Below, one piece after another: positions 29,108 to 39,719 of a stretch of 64,000 nt of DNA. The position numbers were made by a program, and so were the translations under genes. The stretch comes from an uncultured Acidobacteriota bacterium. GTDB taxonomy: Bacteria; Acidobacteriota; Terriglobia; UBA7540. The notes under the pieces were generated by a model, which did not search any database, was not told the origin of the DNA, and saw only the letters and a program-made list of their open reading frames with translations. The DNA lies in assembly GCA_963804995.1 (NCBI GenBank), contig CAWDSK010000003.1, positions 960,001 through 1,024,000 of the forward strand. The letters run 5' to 3'. Each line of letters begins with the position of its first letter. Positions within the stretch are counted from its first letter, which is position 1.

Positions 29108-30886
29108 CTATTTGGCATCTTCGGGTAGTTCCAATGCTCCTGGCATCAGCTTCAGCGGAGCCAGGCGCTGCTCTTCCAGTTCGGGATGGGGCAGCGGCTT
29201 ACGTGGCAGCATCTGGTCACGCATGGCCGTGTTATACACGAAGATCGCCTCTACGGTGGCGGCCTGCGCGAGGTCCATGGGCTGCAAGCGTTCGTAGGTA
29301 TCCATGTTCGAATGATGCGACCGCGACTCGTAGTCGAGAGGGTCCTGAATGAACTGGAAGCCGGGGATGCCGACAGCATCAAACGAGAGGTGATCGGTGC
29401 CGCCGGTGTTGCGCACGGTGAGGGTGGTGACGCCGAGATCTTTCAGCGGCTCCATCCATTGCGCAAAGATGGGGCCGACCGCGGCGTTCTCCTGCAGACA
29501 AATCCCCAGGATTTTGCCGCCGCCATTATCCACATTGAAGTAGCCGGAAACCTTCGGCTGCTCAGGTTTGAGTACGAGGGGACCGGCAAGCTTGCGCATC
29601 CCCGCGGGCAACTCCAGTTGATCGGGAGCGGTGGAGTGGGGCACGTATCCGAAATGTTCCTTCACGTAGCCGATGGAACCCAGAAGTCCCTGCTCTTCCC
29701 CGCTCCAGAGGCCAATGCGGATGGTGCGCCGCGGCTTGACTTCGAGCGCGCGCAAAATCCGCATGACTTCCAGGGCTACAACCGTCCCGGCGCCATTGTC
29801 GGTCGCGCCGGTCGCCGATGCCCACGAATCAATATGGCCGCCCACCATGACCACCTCATCCTTCAGCTTGGGATCAGTGCCGGGAATCTCCGCGAGGGTG
29901 TCAAAGCCATGCTCATGGTCGCCGGAATACTTAACCTCAACGTTCATTTCAATCTTCACTGGAACGTGGGCCTTAAGCAGACGATAAACCCGGCCGTAGT
30001 TTTCTATGGCCGTCATCACGATAGGAAGGGGGTTGGCGCGCTCGCGCTTATAAGGCACCCAACTCAAGCCCTCCCGGTAATCATCGAAGATCGTGCCGCC
30101 GGAGCCGCCGCTGTTAAGGCCATCGCGGCTGGGAACAATAACTGCCAGGGCCTGTTCGGCAGCCAGAAACTTCCCGATTTTCTCACGCAGGGTGAAGCGC
30201 TTAACCGCTTCCTGAATGCCTTCCGACCGCGGCCTGGCCTTTCCCAGGGGAAATTCCACAATTTTGGCCAAGTCCTTTTCGTCCAGGCGCGTAGACAGCG
30301 GCTTATCCACCGGATTCACCTCGCGCATTTCTCCGAGCAGAACGATTTTCCCGGCCAGCTTGCCTTTATACTTCTCGAAATCTTTCTCCTCCTTGATATC
30401 CACCCAAATGGCCTGGGCATTGACTACGCCGTTAGTGGAAGGCGACCAGGGCAAAGCTTGGGCGATGAAAACCGCCGTGTCCGGCTGGGTCATCCGCACC
30501 CAGGTGTTGAGCTGCTGCCAACCCATGCCGAACTCGCCCCAGTCTTCCAGATGGGCGTTGCTGCAACCCATCGCCGCCAATTGGTCGCGCGTCCACTCGT
30601 TGGCCCGGTAGATGTTGGGTGAGCCAGTAAGGCGCGGGCCAATGCCATCAATCAGAGCCGAGGCGAAATCCATCACATGCGAATGGGTCAGGCCTTCGTC
30701 GCGAATGCGCTCGTACACGGTGTAGTCGAGATTCTCTTTGGCAGGCTGCGGGAGTTCGTAGGAGGGCTTCTCAGGTTCGGGCGCGGCCGCCTTCTCCTTG
30801 TTCTTGTCGACGGCAAAAAGGCAAAGGGGCAGGAGGAAGAAGAGGAAGAAAGCAAGTCTAACCCCGAAAAGGTTGGGGAATCGCAT
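29108..30886 (-). CDS. Secreted M28-family peptidase (carboxypeptidase Q-like)
   Basis: Signal peptide; GPRLTGS, GGHIDSW, GATDNG, GEEQGL, GTDH and HHSNMD motifs. Confidence 0.9.
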   Translation of the reverse strand: MRFPNLFGVRLAFFLFFLLPLCLFAVDKNKEKAAAPEPEKPSYELPQPAKENLDYTVYERIRDEGLTHSHVMDFASALIDGIGPRLTGSPNIYRANEWTRDQLAAMGCSNAHLEDWGEFGMGWQQLNTWVRMTQPDTAVFIAQALPWSPSTNGVVNAQAIWVDIKEEKDFEKYKGKLAGKIVLLGEMREVNPVDKPLSTRLDEKDLAKIVEFPLGKARPRSEGIQEAVKRFTLREKIGKFLAAEQALAVIVPSRDGLNSGGSGGTIFDDYREGLSWVPYKRERANPLPIVMTAIENYGRVYRLLKAHVPVKIEMNVEVKYSGDHEHGFDTLAEIPGTDPKLKDEVVMVGGHIDSWASATGATDNGAGTVVALEVMRILRALEVKPRRTIRIGLWSGEEQGLLGSIGYVKEHFGYVPHSTAPDQLELPAGMRKLAGPLVLKPEQPKVSGYFNVDNGGGKILGICLQENAAVGPIFAQWMEPLKDLGVTTLTVRNTGGTDHLSFDAVGIPGFQFIQDPLDYESRSHHSNMDTYERLQPMDLAQAATVEAIFVYNTAMRDQMLPRKPLPHPELEEQRLAPLKLMPGALELPEDAK

Positions 30887-31109
30887 GGATTGCTCTCCTT
30901 TGGAAAGCGTCCCAGAGCCGAGTAGAAAACATGGAGTAGACCGGATTCTCCAGTCTCAGCTTTTGAACGACCGTTACCATACGCCCGGCCGCCTCTGAAT
31001 GCAATCGTATGGTGGGGATTTCATTGTGAAGCGCCTCAGCGGGCAGGGAAACCAGCGTCGTGCGGGCCTGTTGGGTTGGCCCCTGGCTCTTTGCGTGCGC
31101 CGGGTGGGA

Positions 31110-31574
31110 TTACGCGGGAGGGTTTGAGCTGGCGTTGCCGGCTTCCAGCTTATTGATGACGCAGTGGAGCACCCCGACCGAGAACGAAACGTGGACCGTT
31201 TCCTCCCGGTCATCCACATCGATCGCCAGATTGTTGCTGCGCTTGACGATCGTGATGTGCTCATTCGGGCTTTTCACTTCCACGAGCGTGGCATCGGGGC
31301 AGCGCTCAAGTTCCTGGCTCACTGCCTTGAGCAGGGGCAGCCACTTACGCGTCTCAGCGTCTTTCACCTTGAACGACTGGGCGGGAACGAAACCCAGGGC
31401 CACTGGCACCAGGACCGCCGGAACGATGACGTTGACGTGGTCCCCTTGGGGGCCTTTTCCCACCACGGAGACCCTCACCGCGCCGGCAGTGTAAGTAACG
31501 ATGGCCGCGCTTCCTACCAGTGAGGCGACCGCGGCCATCATCACGGTTGATGCTTTGAGTGCTATGGGGTACAT
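31110..31574 (-). CDS. Hypothetical exported/membrane-anchored protein
   Basis: Hydrophobic N-terminus, RBS, directly downstream of 31587-32150, with which it shares a V.V..P.E.V.I.K motif. Confidence 0.6.
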   Translation of the reverse strand: MYPIALKASTVMMAAVASLVGSAAIVTYTAGAVRVSVVGKGPQGDHVNVIVPAVLVPVALGFVPAQSFKVKDAETRKWLPLLKAVSQELERCPDATLVEVKSPNEHITIVKRSNNLAIDVDDREETVHVSFSVGVLHCVINKLEAGNASSNPPA

Positions 31575-31586
31575 GTTCCAGCCTCA

Positions 31587-32150
31587 CTAGTCGGATGTAC
31601 TGCGCGTGTCGGTCCAGATGCGGACGGTCTCGGATTTGTCGTTCACATTCACCAGCTCCACGGCGCCCAGCCCCCGCAGGGCTCGGATGCCGGCCGCTAT
31701 GTCCAGCTCGTCCTTGTTGCCGCTGAGCATCGCCGCCACCACGCTGAGCGGAACTTTGACTTCCACTTTTTCGCCCAAGGTCCGCTTGTCGCCCTGCTTC
31801 TGCTGTACATGAATCAGCAGGTTCCCGTTGGACTTGGCCACACGGACATCTTCATGGGGGCTCGCGACCGTGACGAATTCATTGTCGGGGGTGGTGCGAA
31901 TGGCCTCAAAAAGCGTGCGAAGGTCGATTTCGTTGACCTTGAGCTTAACTTTGCCGCCTTTTAATCTGTCGGCGCAAATGGTGGGAATGACTTTTTCCGC
32001 TAATGACATTGGGACGTTGACGCGAACCGTCTCGCCCTGGCTGCCCGAGCTCACCACGCGAACATGAATCCATTGGTCGGCTTCGGCAGCCATCGCTGTG
32101 GCGCCTGCCGCGAGCAGTAAAACTGAAAGCCCCATCAGCTCTTTCCTCAC
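31587..32150 (-). CDS. Hypothetical secreted protein
   Basis: GTG start after GGGGAGG, signal peptide, and an internal duplication (ETVRVNVPMSL / EKVEVKVPLSV). Confidence 0.65.
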   Translation of the reverse strand: MRKELMGLSVLLLAAGATAMAAEADQWIHVRVVSSGSQGETVRVNVPMSLAEKVIPTICADRLKGGKVKLKVNEIDLRTLFEAIRTTPDNEFVTVASPHEDVRVAKSNGNLLIHVQQKQGDKRTLGEKVEVKVPLSVVAAMLSGNKDELDIAAGIRALRGLGAVELVNVNDKSETVRIWTDTRSTSD

Positions 32151-32316
32151 AAGGCACCTCCCCTTTTCCTGATTTCCAATCTTTCCTCTCACCTCCTCCA
32201 ACGAAGCAAGCGACGCAAAAGTTCCAAATATCTTTGCGCGCATTTCACGCGGCGCGCCCAGCCCTCGGCGGGGCAACGTGACATTCGCCCCAAGCCAGCG
32301 GCGCGGGCCATGTTTC

Positions 32317-32560
32317 GTAGCGCGGGCCCCCGCCTTTGGGGTCCGCGGTTCTTAGTTTGCACAACCCGCAAATCTCCAACCTGAGAGGCTGTAGCACAGC
32401 CACTCCTGGCTGTGTCGCTAAGCTCGAACGACAAGCCGTATTCACAGGCAAGAGTGCCTGTGCTACCACGGGCGGCTGCATCGTGCCTATAGCTTGGCCA
32501 CGATACCTTCGCTCCCCTGACGCACGAAAAGCCGCCCCGATGCATCGGGGCGCTGCGCTC
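32317..32560. repeat. Composite REP element: family B doublet (32391-32466) inside a family A element
   Basis: Family A left arm, then gtagcacagccactcctggctgtg...gagtgcctgtgctac, then the family A interior cacgatac.ttcgc. Confidence 0.8.
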
Positions 32561-32777
32561 GCTCGCGCAGAATCCCTCTCCGTACCTGGCCGAAAGTAAA
32601 GTTCCACCAGGGCATTGCCAAACATGCTATAAGCTGACTTGCGTGGCGGCATCGGTTGTGAAAGCAGGGGTGTGGATCACCCGGGTCGGCAAGGCTGGCT
32701 GGAGGCGGGAAACAGACCAAACCAGATAATTAGTCAGCCGGCAAATCACAATGCAGTTCCCGGCATAGGCCAATTCA

Positions 32778-33560
32778 ATGTTCTCTGGAATTGTCTTGAT
32801 GGTGGGGATCGGCACGGGACTTTTCTGCTTCTTCAAGGGACTCCGCATTTACAGGAAATATCGTGTGCTCGCAGATACTCCGGAGTCTTCCCTTCATGGC
32901 CTCGCCATCGGTTTTGTGGAAGTCCACGGGAAGGCACAGCCCGCCCAAGGTCGGCTGGTGAACAGCCCGGTGACCCGAACCCCCTGCCTCTTTTATAAAG
33001 TGGAGATCAAGAAATTCGCAGAAGGCCCGCACGGGGGGCACTGGTCGCCTTGCCGGACTGTGGCGGAAGGCGTGCCCTTTTACCTCACGGACGGCACGGG
33101 TAAAGCACTGGTGGACGCTCACAGGGCGGAATGCGACTTGATACGCACCGCCTGGCGCGAAACCGGCGGCGTCAGCCTGCAGGGTATTTACGAGGCCGTC
33201 CGGGAGCTTCGCTCACCCCCGAGATTCCTGGTCGACGACTGTGAGCTGATCAACTACGCCGAGTCGCTGAGTTCATCGGAACTCCCTTCCAGGCGCTACC
33301 AATTCGCCGAATACTGCCTTCTTCCCGAGCACTGGTACGATTTAGCGGGCACGTGTGTCGAAAACCCCGAACCCCTGGACGAGGACGACCGGAATATGAT
33401 CGTGAAGGGCCTGGACGTGCCGACCTTCCTAATTACCTGGCGGAGTGAGGCAGGGATAAAACAGTTGTTGCGAAATCAGGCAGCAAAGTACGTATTCGGC
33501 GGCGGAACCCTCGCCATCGCTTCCTTGGGTTTCTTGTTGTCCAAGCTCGGCTGGCTCTGA
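32778..33560 (+). CDS. GIDE-domain-like membrane protein
   Basis: N- and C-terminal TM helices; DTPES...GFVEVHG and PFYLTDGTGKALVD patterns. Confidence 0.65.
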   Translation: MFSGIVLMVGIGTGLFCFFKGLRIYRKYRVLADTPESSLHGLAIGFVEVHGKAQPAQGRLVNSPVTRTPCLFYKVEIKKFAEGPHGGHWSPCRTVAEGVPFYLTDGTGKALVDAHRAECDLIRTAWRETGGVSLQGIYEAVRELRSPPRFLVDDCELINYAESLSSSELPSRRYQFAEYCLLPEHWYDLAGTCVENPEPLDEDDRNMIVKGLDVPTFLITWRSEAGIKQLLRNQAAKYVFGGGTLAIASLGFLLSKLGWL

Positions 33561-33604
33561 ACAGCCGGGAGAAAATCACTCGGGAATTACGCCGGAATGC
33601 AAGT

Positions 33605-33835
33605 GCAGCGCGGACCTCTTTTGTAGGTCCGCGGTTCTTCGTATTGAGAAGCCGGCAAAGCTTGAACCCCGACGACTGTAGCACAGCCACTCCTGGCTGT
33701 GTCGCTAAGCTCGAACCTCGAGCCGCATTCACGGGCAGGAGTGCCTGTGCTACCACGGGCGGCTGCGTAGCACCACGATACATTCGCCCAGATAAAGCAG
33801 GAATAACCGCCCCGAAGCATCGGGGGCGCCACGCT
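33605..33835. repeat. Composite REP element (family B at 33678-33753 inside family A); direct repeat of 32317-32560
   Basis: Shares the block gtagcacagccactcctggctgtgtcgctaagctcgaac...gtgcctgtgctaccacgggcggctgc. Confidence 0.8.
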
Positions 33836-34303
33836 TGCCCTGGAAAGTTCATCCGGTCCCGTAGGCCTGGAAGCGGGGCCCACTTGGACGGCAAGGCTGT
33901 CTGAAACGTGTCAAAACAGGGATGGGGAAGATTGTGCAATATTAAACAAACAGCTTAAATCTCGATATGATAAGCTTTTATACATCCCGGAATTCACAGA
34001 TGCAGACCCTCGCGTAGACGCCGGAGAACTCTATGAAAACCCCCAGGAACAATGCATCTCGATTCGTGTCTTTCGCCGGACGCCGGACAGGGATGGGAGG
34101 ATGATCTGGTATTTATCCGTGTGCGCAAGGGCTGGAAGCAATGTATTATTTTTCCCACCAACTAAGTTTTCTGCTGGATCGTTGGCGGACGCGTGATTTA
34201 TTTTGTAGGGTAACCGTACCTCAAAGACTATCGGGCGCTAAACCGTCCGGTCGCACAATTTAACCATACGGCATGGGCTTTCGCTGCCGCCCTGGAGGTT
34301 AAC

Positions 34304-35999
34304 ATGAGAGGCAAGCTCCGGATTGTTCTCATCATCACTGGTGTTCTGATTGTCCTGGTTCTCGTCGCTCCATTCTTTATCCCCGTCAATCAATTCCGCC
34401 CGACCATTGAAGAAAAAACTTCCACCGCCCTGGGACGCAAAGTAACGGTCGGAAACCTGAGCCTCTCGCTCCTCAGTGGCTCGCTTTCCGCCGAGAATCT
34501 CGCGATCGGTGACGATCCCAAGTTCAGTTCGTCGCCCTTCCTCACCGCCAAATCGCTGAAGGTGGGCATCGAAATCATGCCGCTGATTTTCTCGAAGGCA
34601 ATCAACGTTACGGGCGTCACGATTGATGGACCACAAGTGACGCTGCTTCGGAATGCAGCCGGCCAGTGGAACTATTCTTCCCTCGGTGGCTCCTCCACTC
34701 CCGCAAAATCTCCGAGTCCGTCATCCTCTCCCACGAACTTCTCCGTTAAGGAAGTCCAGCTCAAGGACGGCAGGGTCGTTATCGGCTCCACGAATTCGCA
34801 GAAGCACACCACATACGATCACGTGAACATCACTGCTACTGACGTTTCCATGACCTCGAAAATTCCGGTCAACGTCAGCGTCGATCTTCCCGGAGGTGGT
34901 AACTTCAAGCTGGAGGGCACTGTCGGCCCTATCGATCTGGCCGACACTTCACTGACTCCGCTCGACGCCAAGCTCCATGTCGGTTCTTTAAATCTCGCCT
35001 CGACGGGTTTCCTCGATCCGACCCTGGGACTCGGAGGCATTATCGATCTCGACGGCACGATCGCCTCCGCAAGCGGTGAAGCTGAAACCAAGGGCAACGC
35101 CAAACTCTCCAAAGCTTTGTTGATTGCCGGGGGAACGCCCGCCGGGATTCCTGTCACTGTGGATTTCAATACCAAGTACAATCTCCGAAAGAGCTCCGGG
35201 GTCCTCAGTCCTTCCACCCTGAAGATCGGCGGTGCGGCGGCCAGGATGGCGGGCACCTATGAGATGGGGGGCGAGTCCGCCGTCATCAACATTAAGCTCG
35301 ATGGAAAGGATATGCCCGCCAAAGACCTCGAAGCTTTTCTCCCCGCCCTGGGGATCAGCGTTCCCAAAGGTGCTTCGCTAGAGGCCGGGACGCTCAACAC
35401 CGATCTCAGTCTCAATGGGCCAATCAGCAAACTGGTCACCACCGGCACGGCAGGTCTCTTTAAAGGAAAGCTTGCTAACTTCGATCTGGGCTCAAAGATG
35501 TCCGCCATCTCGGCGCTCACCGGCGTCAAGACCGGCAAGGACCTCGACATCGAGAGCCTCACCTCGAATCTCCGCATGGCGCCTGACGGCCTCCAAGCCG
35601 ACAATTTCAATGCGGTCGTCCCTACGCTGGGCACTCTTATTGGCGCCGGCACCATCGATGCCAAGAACAATCTTGATTTCAAAATGGTGGCCACGCTTTC
35701 GAGTTCTCCTAGCGCCCCGACCAGCGAGGCGGCGGGTGGCGCTCTGGGAGGGTTACTGGGAAGAGTAGCTGGCGGCGGTGGCGGCTCGGCTGCGATTAAG
35801 GGCCAGCGCATTCCGTTCCAGATTAAGGGCACCACTTCGGATCCCAAATTCGTTCCTGACGTTCGGCGGGATTGCCGCTGGTATGCTCAAATCACGACTC
35901 GGCAACCTGGTTTCTCCCGGCGCCACGTCGCAACAGCCGCAGGGCACCAACAATCCGCTCGGCTCACTCGGCGGCCTGTTCAAAAAGAAGACACCCTGA
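34304..35999 (+). CDS. AsmA-family protein, probably frameshifted near the C-terminus
   Basis: N-terminal TM helix, then ALGRKVTVG, TLLRNAAGQWNYSSL and IPFQIKGTTSDPKFVPD. Removing one base at 35861-35864 joins it to ...GGIAAG...NPLGSLGGLFKKKTP* at 35999. As read, the ORF ends at 36073. Confidence 0.78.
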
Positions 36000-36101
36000 C
36001 GCCTGGCTTAAATGCGCGGTGTGTGAGTTTGATGTGCTTGCAGATTATTCGTAATCCAACGTTGAGTCTCTGAAAGTACGAAAAGGCGAAGGGAGGATCA
36101 C

Positions 36102-36347
36102 ATGCACATTTTATGGTGGATCATCGTTGGCCTGATCGCAGGATGGGCGACGGGGAAAATCATGAAGGGTTCTGGGTACGGCACCCTCATGGATATCGTG
36201 ATTGGCATCGTGGGGGCCCTCGTCGGCGGGTTCATCATGCGCTCCCTTGGATTTACGGGGGGAGGCGGGATGATTTACACGATCGCAGTTGCCATTATGG
36301 GTGCGGTTCTCCTTACTGTAGTCGTGCGGTTCCTCAAGAAGGCATAG
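36102..36347 (+). CDS. GlsB/YeaQ/YmgE (transglycosylase-associated) membrane protein
   Basis: WIIVGLIAGW...DIVIGIVGALVGG pattern; GGGAGG RBS. Confidence 0.9.
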   Translation: MHILWWIIVGLIAGWATGKIMKGSGYGTLMDIVIGIVGALVGGFIMRSLGFTGGGGMIYTIAVAIMGAVLLTVVVRFLKKA

Positions 36348-36602
36348 GTTATTACGGCTCGTTGGACTCCAGCAGCAAGTCCGGTGGTCGTTTCGGCAAG
36401 ACTCGGAACGGTCGGGGGTTCATTGGTGGCGGACGCTGCCGCCCCGAGCTGGGTACAGGTCCCCCAAGGTCCGCGGCTTTCACTTTGTGCAGCAGAATTC
36501 TTGTGCCGTGGGCTCTGGCTGAGGCGTCAAAAGGAAAAGCCCAGAGCACTACTCTGCCGTAGCCACCAGACACCTCACGCCTGAAGTTGGTTGTAGAATC
36601 AA

Positions 36603-36896
36603 TTATTTCTTCGTTGGCGGCGCCGCCGGCTTGGTAGCAGCTGCCGGTTTCACCTCGATCGTCGTGGCCTTCATTAGGTACTCAATGGTCACTTTGGACC
36701 CCACCTTTAGGTCTCCGGTGACTTTTGTGGTCTTGTCGAGCGCAATCTCCCACTTCTCCGCTCCCTTTTGTACTGTAATGACATCACCCTTAATGTCCAA
36801 AACAGGCCCGGTGACTTGATAGGTCTTGGGGTTGGCAGCGAAGAGCATCATGGAGATCAATAGAAGAACAGAAAACAGCACCACGAAGCGTTTCAT
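36603..36896 (-). CDS. Small secreted OB-fold-like hypothetical protein
   Basis: AAGGAG RBS, signal peptide MKRFVVLF, then YQVTGPV...GDLKVGSKVTIEY. Confidence 0.7.
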   Translation of the reverse strand: MKRFVVLFSVLLLISMMLFAANPKTYQVTGPVLDIKGDVITVQKGAEKWEIALDKTTKVTGDLKVGSKVTIEYLMKATTIEVKPAAATKPAAPPTKK

Positions 36897-37196
36897 AATT
36901 AAGGTCTCCTTGTGCGCCGGATCAAACCGGCGAGGGGTAGTGAACGAGCCAGGATTATTATTCAAGCATCCTGGGTTGCGATAGTATAATCCCGCCGACT
37001 CGTTCGAAATCACAATTTTTCCGCCCAGGGGCCAGCGCCGCTGGCCCCTACACACATTCGGTGGGTTGGAACACGGCATTATCGGGTCATCGAGCCGTAT
37101 TCACAGGCAGGAGTGCCTGCGCCAGGCCAGGATTCAGTCGCTCAATTGACGCATGAAGAACCCAAACCTCAACAGAGGAGGTCTGACGCGCTACAC

Positions 37197-37634
37197 TTAC
37201 TTCGCGGGGGCAGGGGGGGTAATAAGGTCGGCCAGTAACTCCAGAACTTGCCGCTCGATCATATCGCGCGCGGTGCGGAAAGACTCCCGGCCCTTGGCAT
37301 AGGGATCGGGGATATCCCATTCCACAAAGCGCCCTTTGAAGCTCACTGGGACGGAACAGTAAACCTCTCGGCCCATACTAACAACCACGTCCATCTCACT
37401 CATGGAAACATCCCGCAGGCCTTTGGAGCTCTGACCGTCGAGCGCGATTCCCTTTTCGAGCATCACCTCGTAGGTTTCCGTCGTGATCACTCCCAAAGGG
37501 TGCGAGCCGGCGCTGAACGCCTGCACCTTGCCCTTGCCGAAGTGATTGGCCCACGCTTCCGCCATCTGGCTGCGGCAGGAATTGCCGATGCAGACGAAGA
37601 GGATTTTTACGGGATGGTCGGTGGCTTGGGCCAT
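37197..37634 (-). CDS. arsC: Arsenate reductase / LMW-PTP family protein
   Basis: LFVCIGNSCRSQMAE P-loop and WDIPDP. Substrate is uncertain. Confidence 0.75.
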   Translation of the reverse strand: MAQATDHPVKILFVCIGNSCRSQMAEAWANHFGKGKVQAFSAGSHPLGVITTETYEVMLEKGIALDGQSSKGLRDVSMSEMDVVVSMGREVYCSVPVSFKGRFVEWDIPDPYAKGRESFRTARDMIERQVLELLADLITPPAPAK

Positions 37635-37653
37635 TTTGTCACGGGGCGAAGGA

Positions 37654-38058
37654 TCGAAACTCGAAGGTCGAAACTCGAAATTCGAAACTCGCAGATGTAC
37701 CGAATTTCGTGTCTCGTGGGCAGCTAGCACCCGTAGCGCGGTCCCCCGTTTTGGGGGTCCGCGGTTCTTCGCATTGGAAACCCCGCAACCTGAGCAACTG
37801 TAGTAGCACAGCCACTCCTGGCTGTGTCGCTAAGCTCGAACCCCGAGCCACATTCACAGGCAGGAGTGCCTGTGCTACCACAGGCAGCAACATCACTCTA
37901 CGATACATTCGCTCCAATGGCGCACGAAGAACCGCAGACCTCAACGGCGGAGGTCTGCGCTACCATGTGTGGGCGTGGGTAGCAATGAAATCAACAAAGG
38001 ATGTACCGAGTTTCGATTTTCGATTTTCGAGTTTCGAATTTCCAGTTTCGACTTTCGC
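37654..38058. repeat. Nested repeat block: TCGAAA-type inverted heptamer arrays around REP family A (37733-37963) around REP family B (37803-37878)
   Basis: tcgaaactcgaaggtcgaaactcgaaattcgaaactcg on the left and gtttcgattttcgattttcgagtttcgaatttccagtttcgactttcg on the right. Confidence 0.85.
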
Positions 38059-38067
38059 AGGCAGCTA

Positions 38068-38661
38068 TTATGCCGCCGCATCGCTCAATTTCTTCAGAAA
38101 GTACTGGTGAATCGTGGGGTCATCGGTTAGTTCCGGGTGAAACGTCGCCACCAGGATGTTTCCCTGCTCAACCAGCACGGGGAGGTTCCCGCACCGGCCC
38201 AGCACACGCACGTTTTCGCCCACCCGCCGGATAATGGGCGCGCGGATGAAGACCATTTCCACGGGGCGGTCGGCAAGCTCAGGACACTCGCCCGGCTGCA
38301 CGGAGCTATCAATCTGGCGCCCATAGGCATTGCGCTCAACTGCAATATCAATTAATCCCAGCTTTTCCTGCGAAGGGTTCAGCACTTCCTTCGCCAGCAG
38401 AATCGCCCCCGCGCAGGTACCGAAGATGGGCTTCCCTGCCGCCGCGAAATCCTGGATGGCCGCGCCCATGCCTTCATTGGCGAAGAATTTCAGCATGGTG
38501 GTGCTCTCACCGCCGGGCAGGATGAGCCCGCTGACTTCCCCCAGTTCCGACACGTGCTTCACCAGCTTCCAAGGCGCCCGGATGCGTTCCAGCATCTTGG
38601 CGTGCATGGCAAAATCACCCTGGATGGCCAGGATGCCGACGGGTTTGTGGCCGTTGTTCAT
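38068..38661 (-). CDS. pdxT: Pyridoxal 5'-phosphate synthase glutaminase subunit
   Basis: GILAIQGDF, LPGGESTT, GTCAG, FIRAP and FHPEL motifs. Confidence 0.95.
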   Translation of the reverse strand: MNNGHKPVGILAIQGDFAMHAKMLERIRAPWKLVKHVSELGEVSGLILPGGESTTMLKFFANEGMGAAIQDFAAAGKPIFGTCAGAILLAKEVLNPSQEKLGLIDIAVERNAYGRQIDSSVQPGECPELADRPVEMVFIRAPIIRRVGENVRVLGRCGNLPVLVEQGNILVATFHPELTDDPTIHQYFLKKLSDAAA

Positions 38662-38674
38662 AGGTTGAAGAGCG

Positions 38675-38812
38675 CTGTCCGTGGTCCGTTGTCAGTGGTC
38701 CGTGGCCGGCTGTCAGTTGTTCGTCATCAGGCTTCTTGCACACACTCCATCTTGCGGGGAGCAGCACATATGCGCAGAACAACGGACGACGGACAACGGA
38801 CCACTGACAGCT
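38675..38812. repeat. Inverted heptamer arrays (GTCCGTK/GTCAGTK) at the pdxS-pdxT junction
   Basis: gtccgtggtccgttgtcagtggtccgtgg versus caacggacgacggacaacggaccactgac. Confidence 0.85.
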
Positions 38813-38816
38813 TTCC

Positions 38817-39704
38817 CTACCACCCCCGCGTCTGCAACAATTCCTTGGGATCCATCTTCTGCACGTCGAGGCCTTTCATGGCTTCGCCCACTTCGGCGGA
38901 GCACTCAGCCACGACTGCCGGCTCGTTGTAGTGCGTGGTGGCGCGGACGATGGCTTTGGCGCGCTGCGCAGGGTCGGTGGATTTGAAGATGCCTGAACCC
39001 ACGAACGTGGCCTCTGCGCCGAGTTGCATGACCAGCGAGGCGTCGGCGGGCGTCGCAATGCCACCGGCCGAGAAATTCGGCACCGGCAGTTTGCCATTCT
39101 GGCTGACCCACTTCACCAGGTCGTAGGGCGAGCCCAGTTCCTTCGCCTTGTGCATCAACTCTTCTTCCCGCAGCGTGGTGAGCAGGCGAATCTCACTGGT
39201 AATGGCGCGCATGTGGCGCACAGCCTCAACGATGTTTCCCGAACCCGCTTCGCCCTTGGTGCGGATCATTGCCGCGCCTTCGCCGATACGCCGCAACGCC
39301 TCACCCAGATTGCGCGCGCCGCAAACGAACGGCACCTTGTACGACCACTTGCTGATGTGGTGCTCCTCATCCGCCGGGGTCAACACTTCACTCTCATCGA
39401 TGTAATCCACGCCCACGGCTTCAAGCACCTGCGCTTCCGCAAAGTGGCCGATGCGCACCTTGGCCATGACCGGAATGGTGACAACCGCCATGATTTCCTT
39501 GATGATTTTGATGGAGGCCATGCGGGCTACTCCGCCTTCCTTGCGGATGTCCGCCGGCACCCGCTCCAGCGCCATAACCGCCACGGCGCCTGCGTCTTCT
39601 GCAATCTTGGCCTGCTCGGCAGTGGTGACGTCCATAATCACCCCGCCCTTCAACATTTCCGCCAAACCCACTTTCAATTTCATTTGCTGATCATATTCCC
39701 ACAT
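38817..39704 (-). CDS. pdxS: Pyridoxal 5'-phosphate synthase lyase subunit
   Basis: [30 protein letters not shown] and GGIATPADA motifs. Confidence 0.97.
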   Translation of the reverse strand: MWEYDQQMKLKVGLAEMLKGGVIMDVTTAEQAKIAEDAGAVAVMALERVPADIRKEGGVARMASIKIIKEIMAVVTIPVMAKVRIGHFAEAQVLEAVGVDYIDESEVLTPADEEHHISKWSYKVPFVCGARNLGEALRRIGEGAAMIRTKGEAGSGNIVEAVRHMRAITSEIRLLTTLREEELMHKAKELGSPYDLVKWVSQNGKLPVPNFSAGGIATPADASLVMQLGAEATFVGSGIFKSTDPAQRAKAIVRATTHYNEPAVVAECSAEVGEAMKGLDVQKMDPKELLQTRGW

Positions 39705-39719
39705 GACATTACTCCTTCT

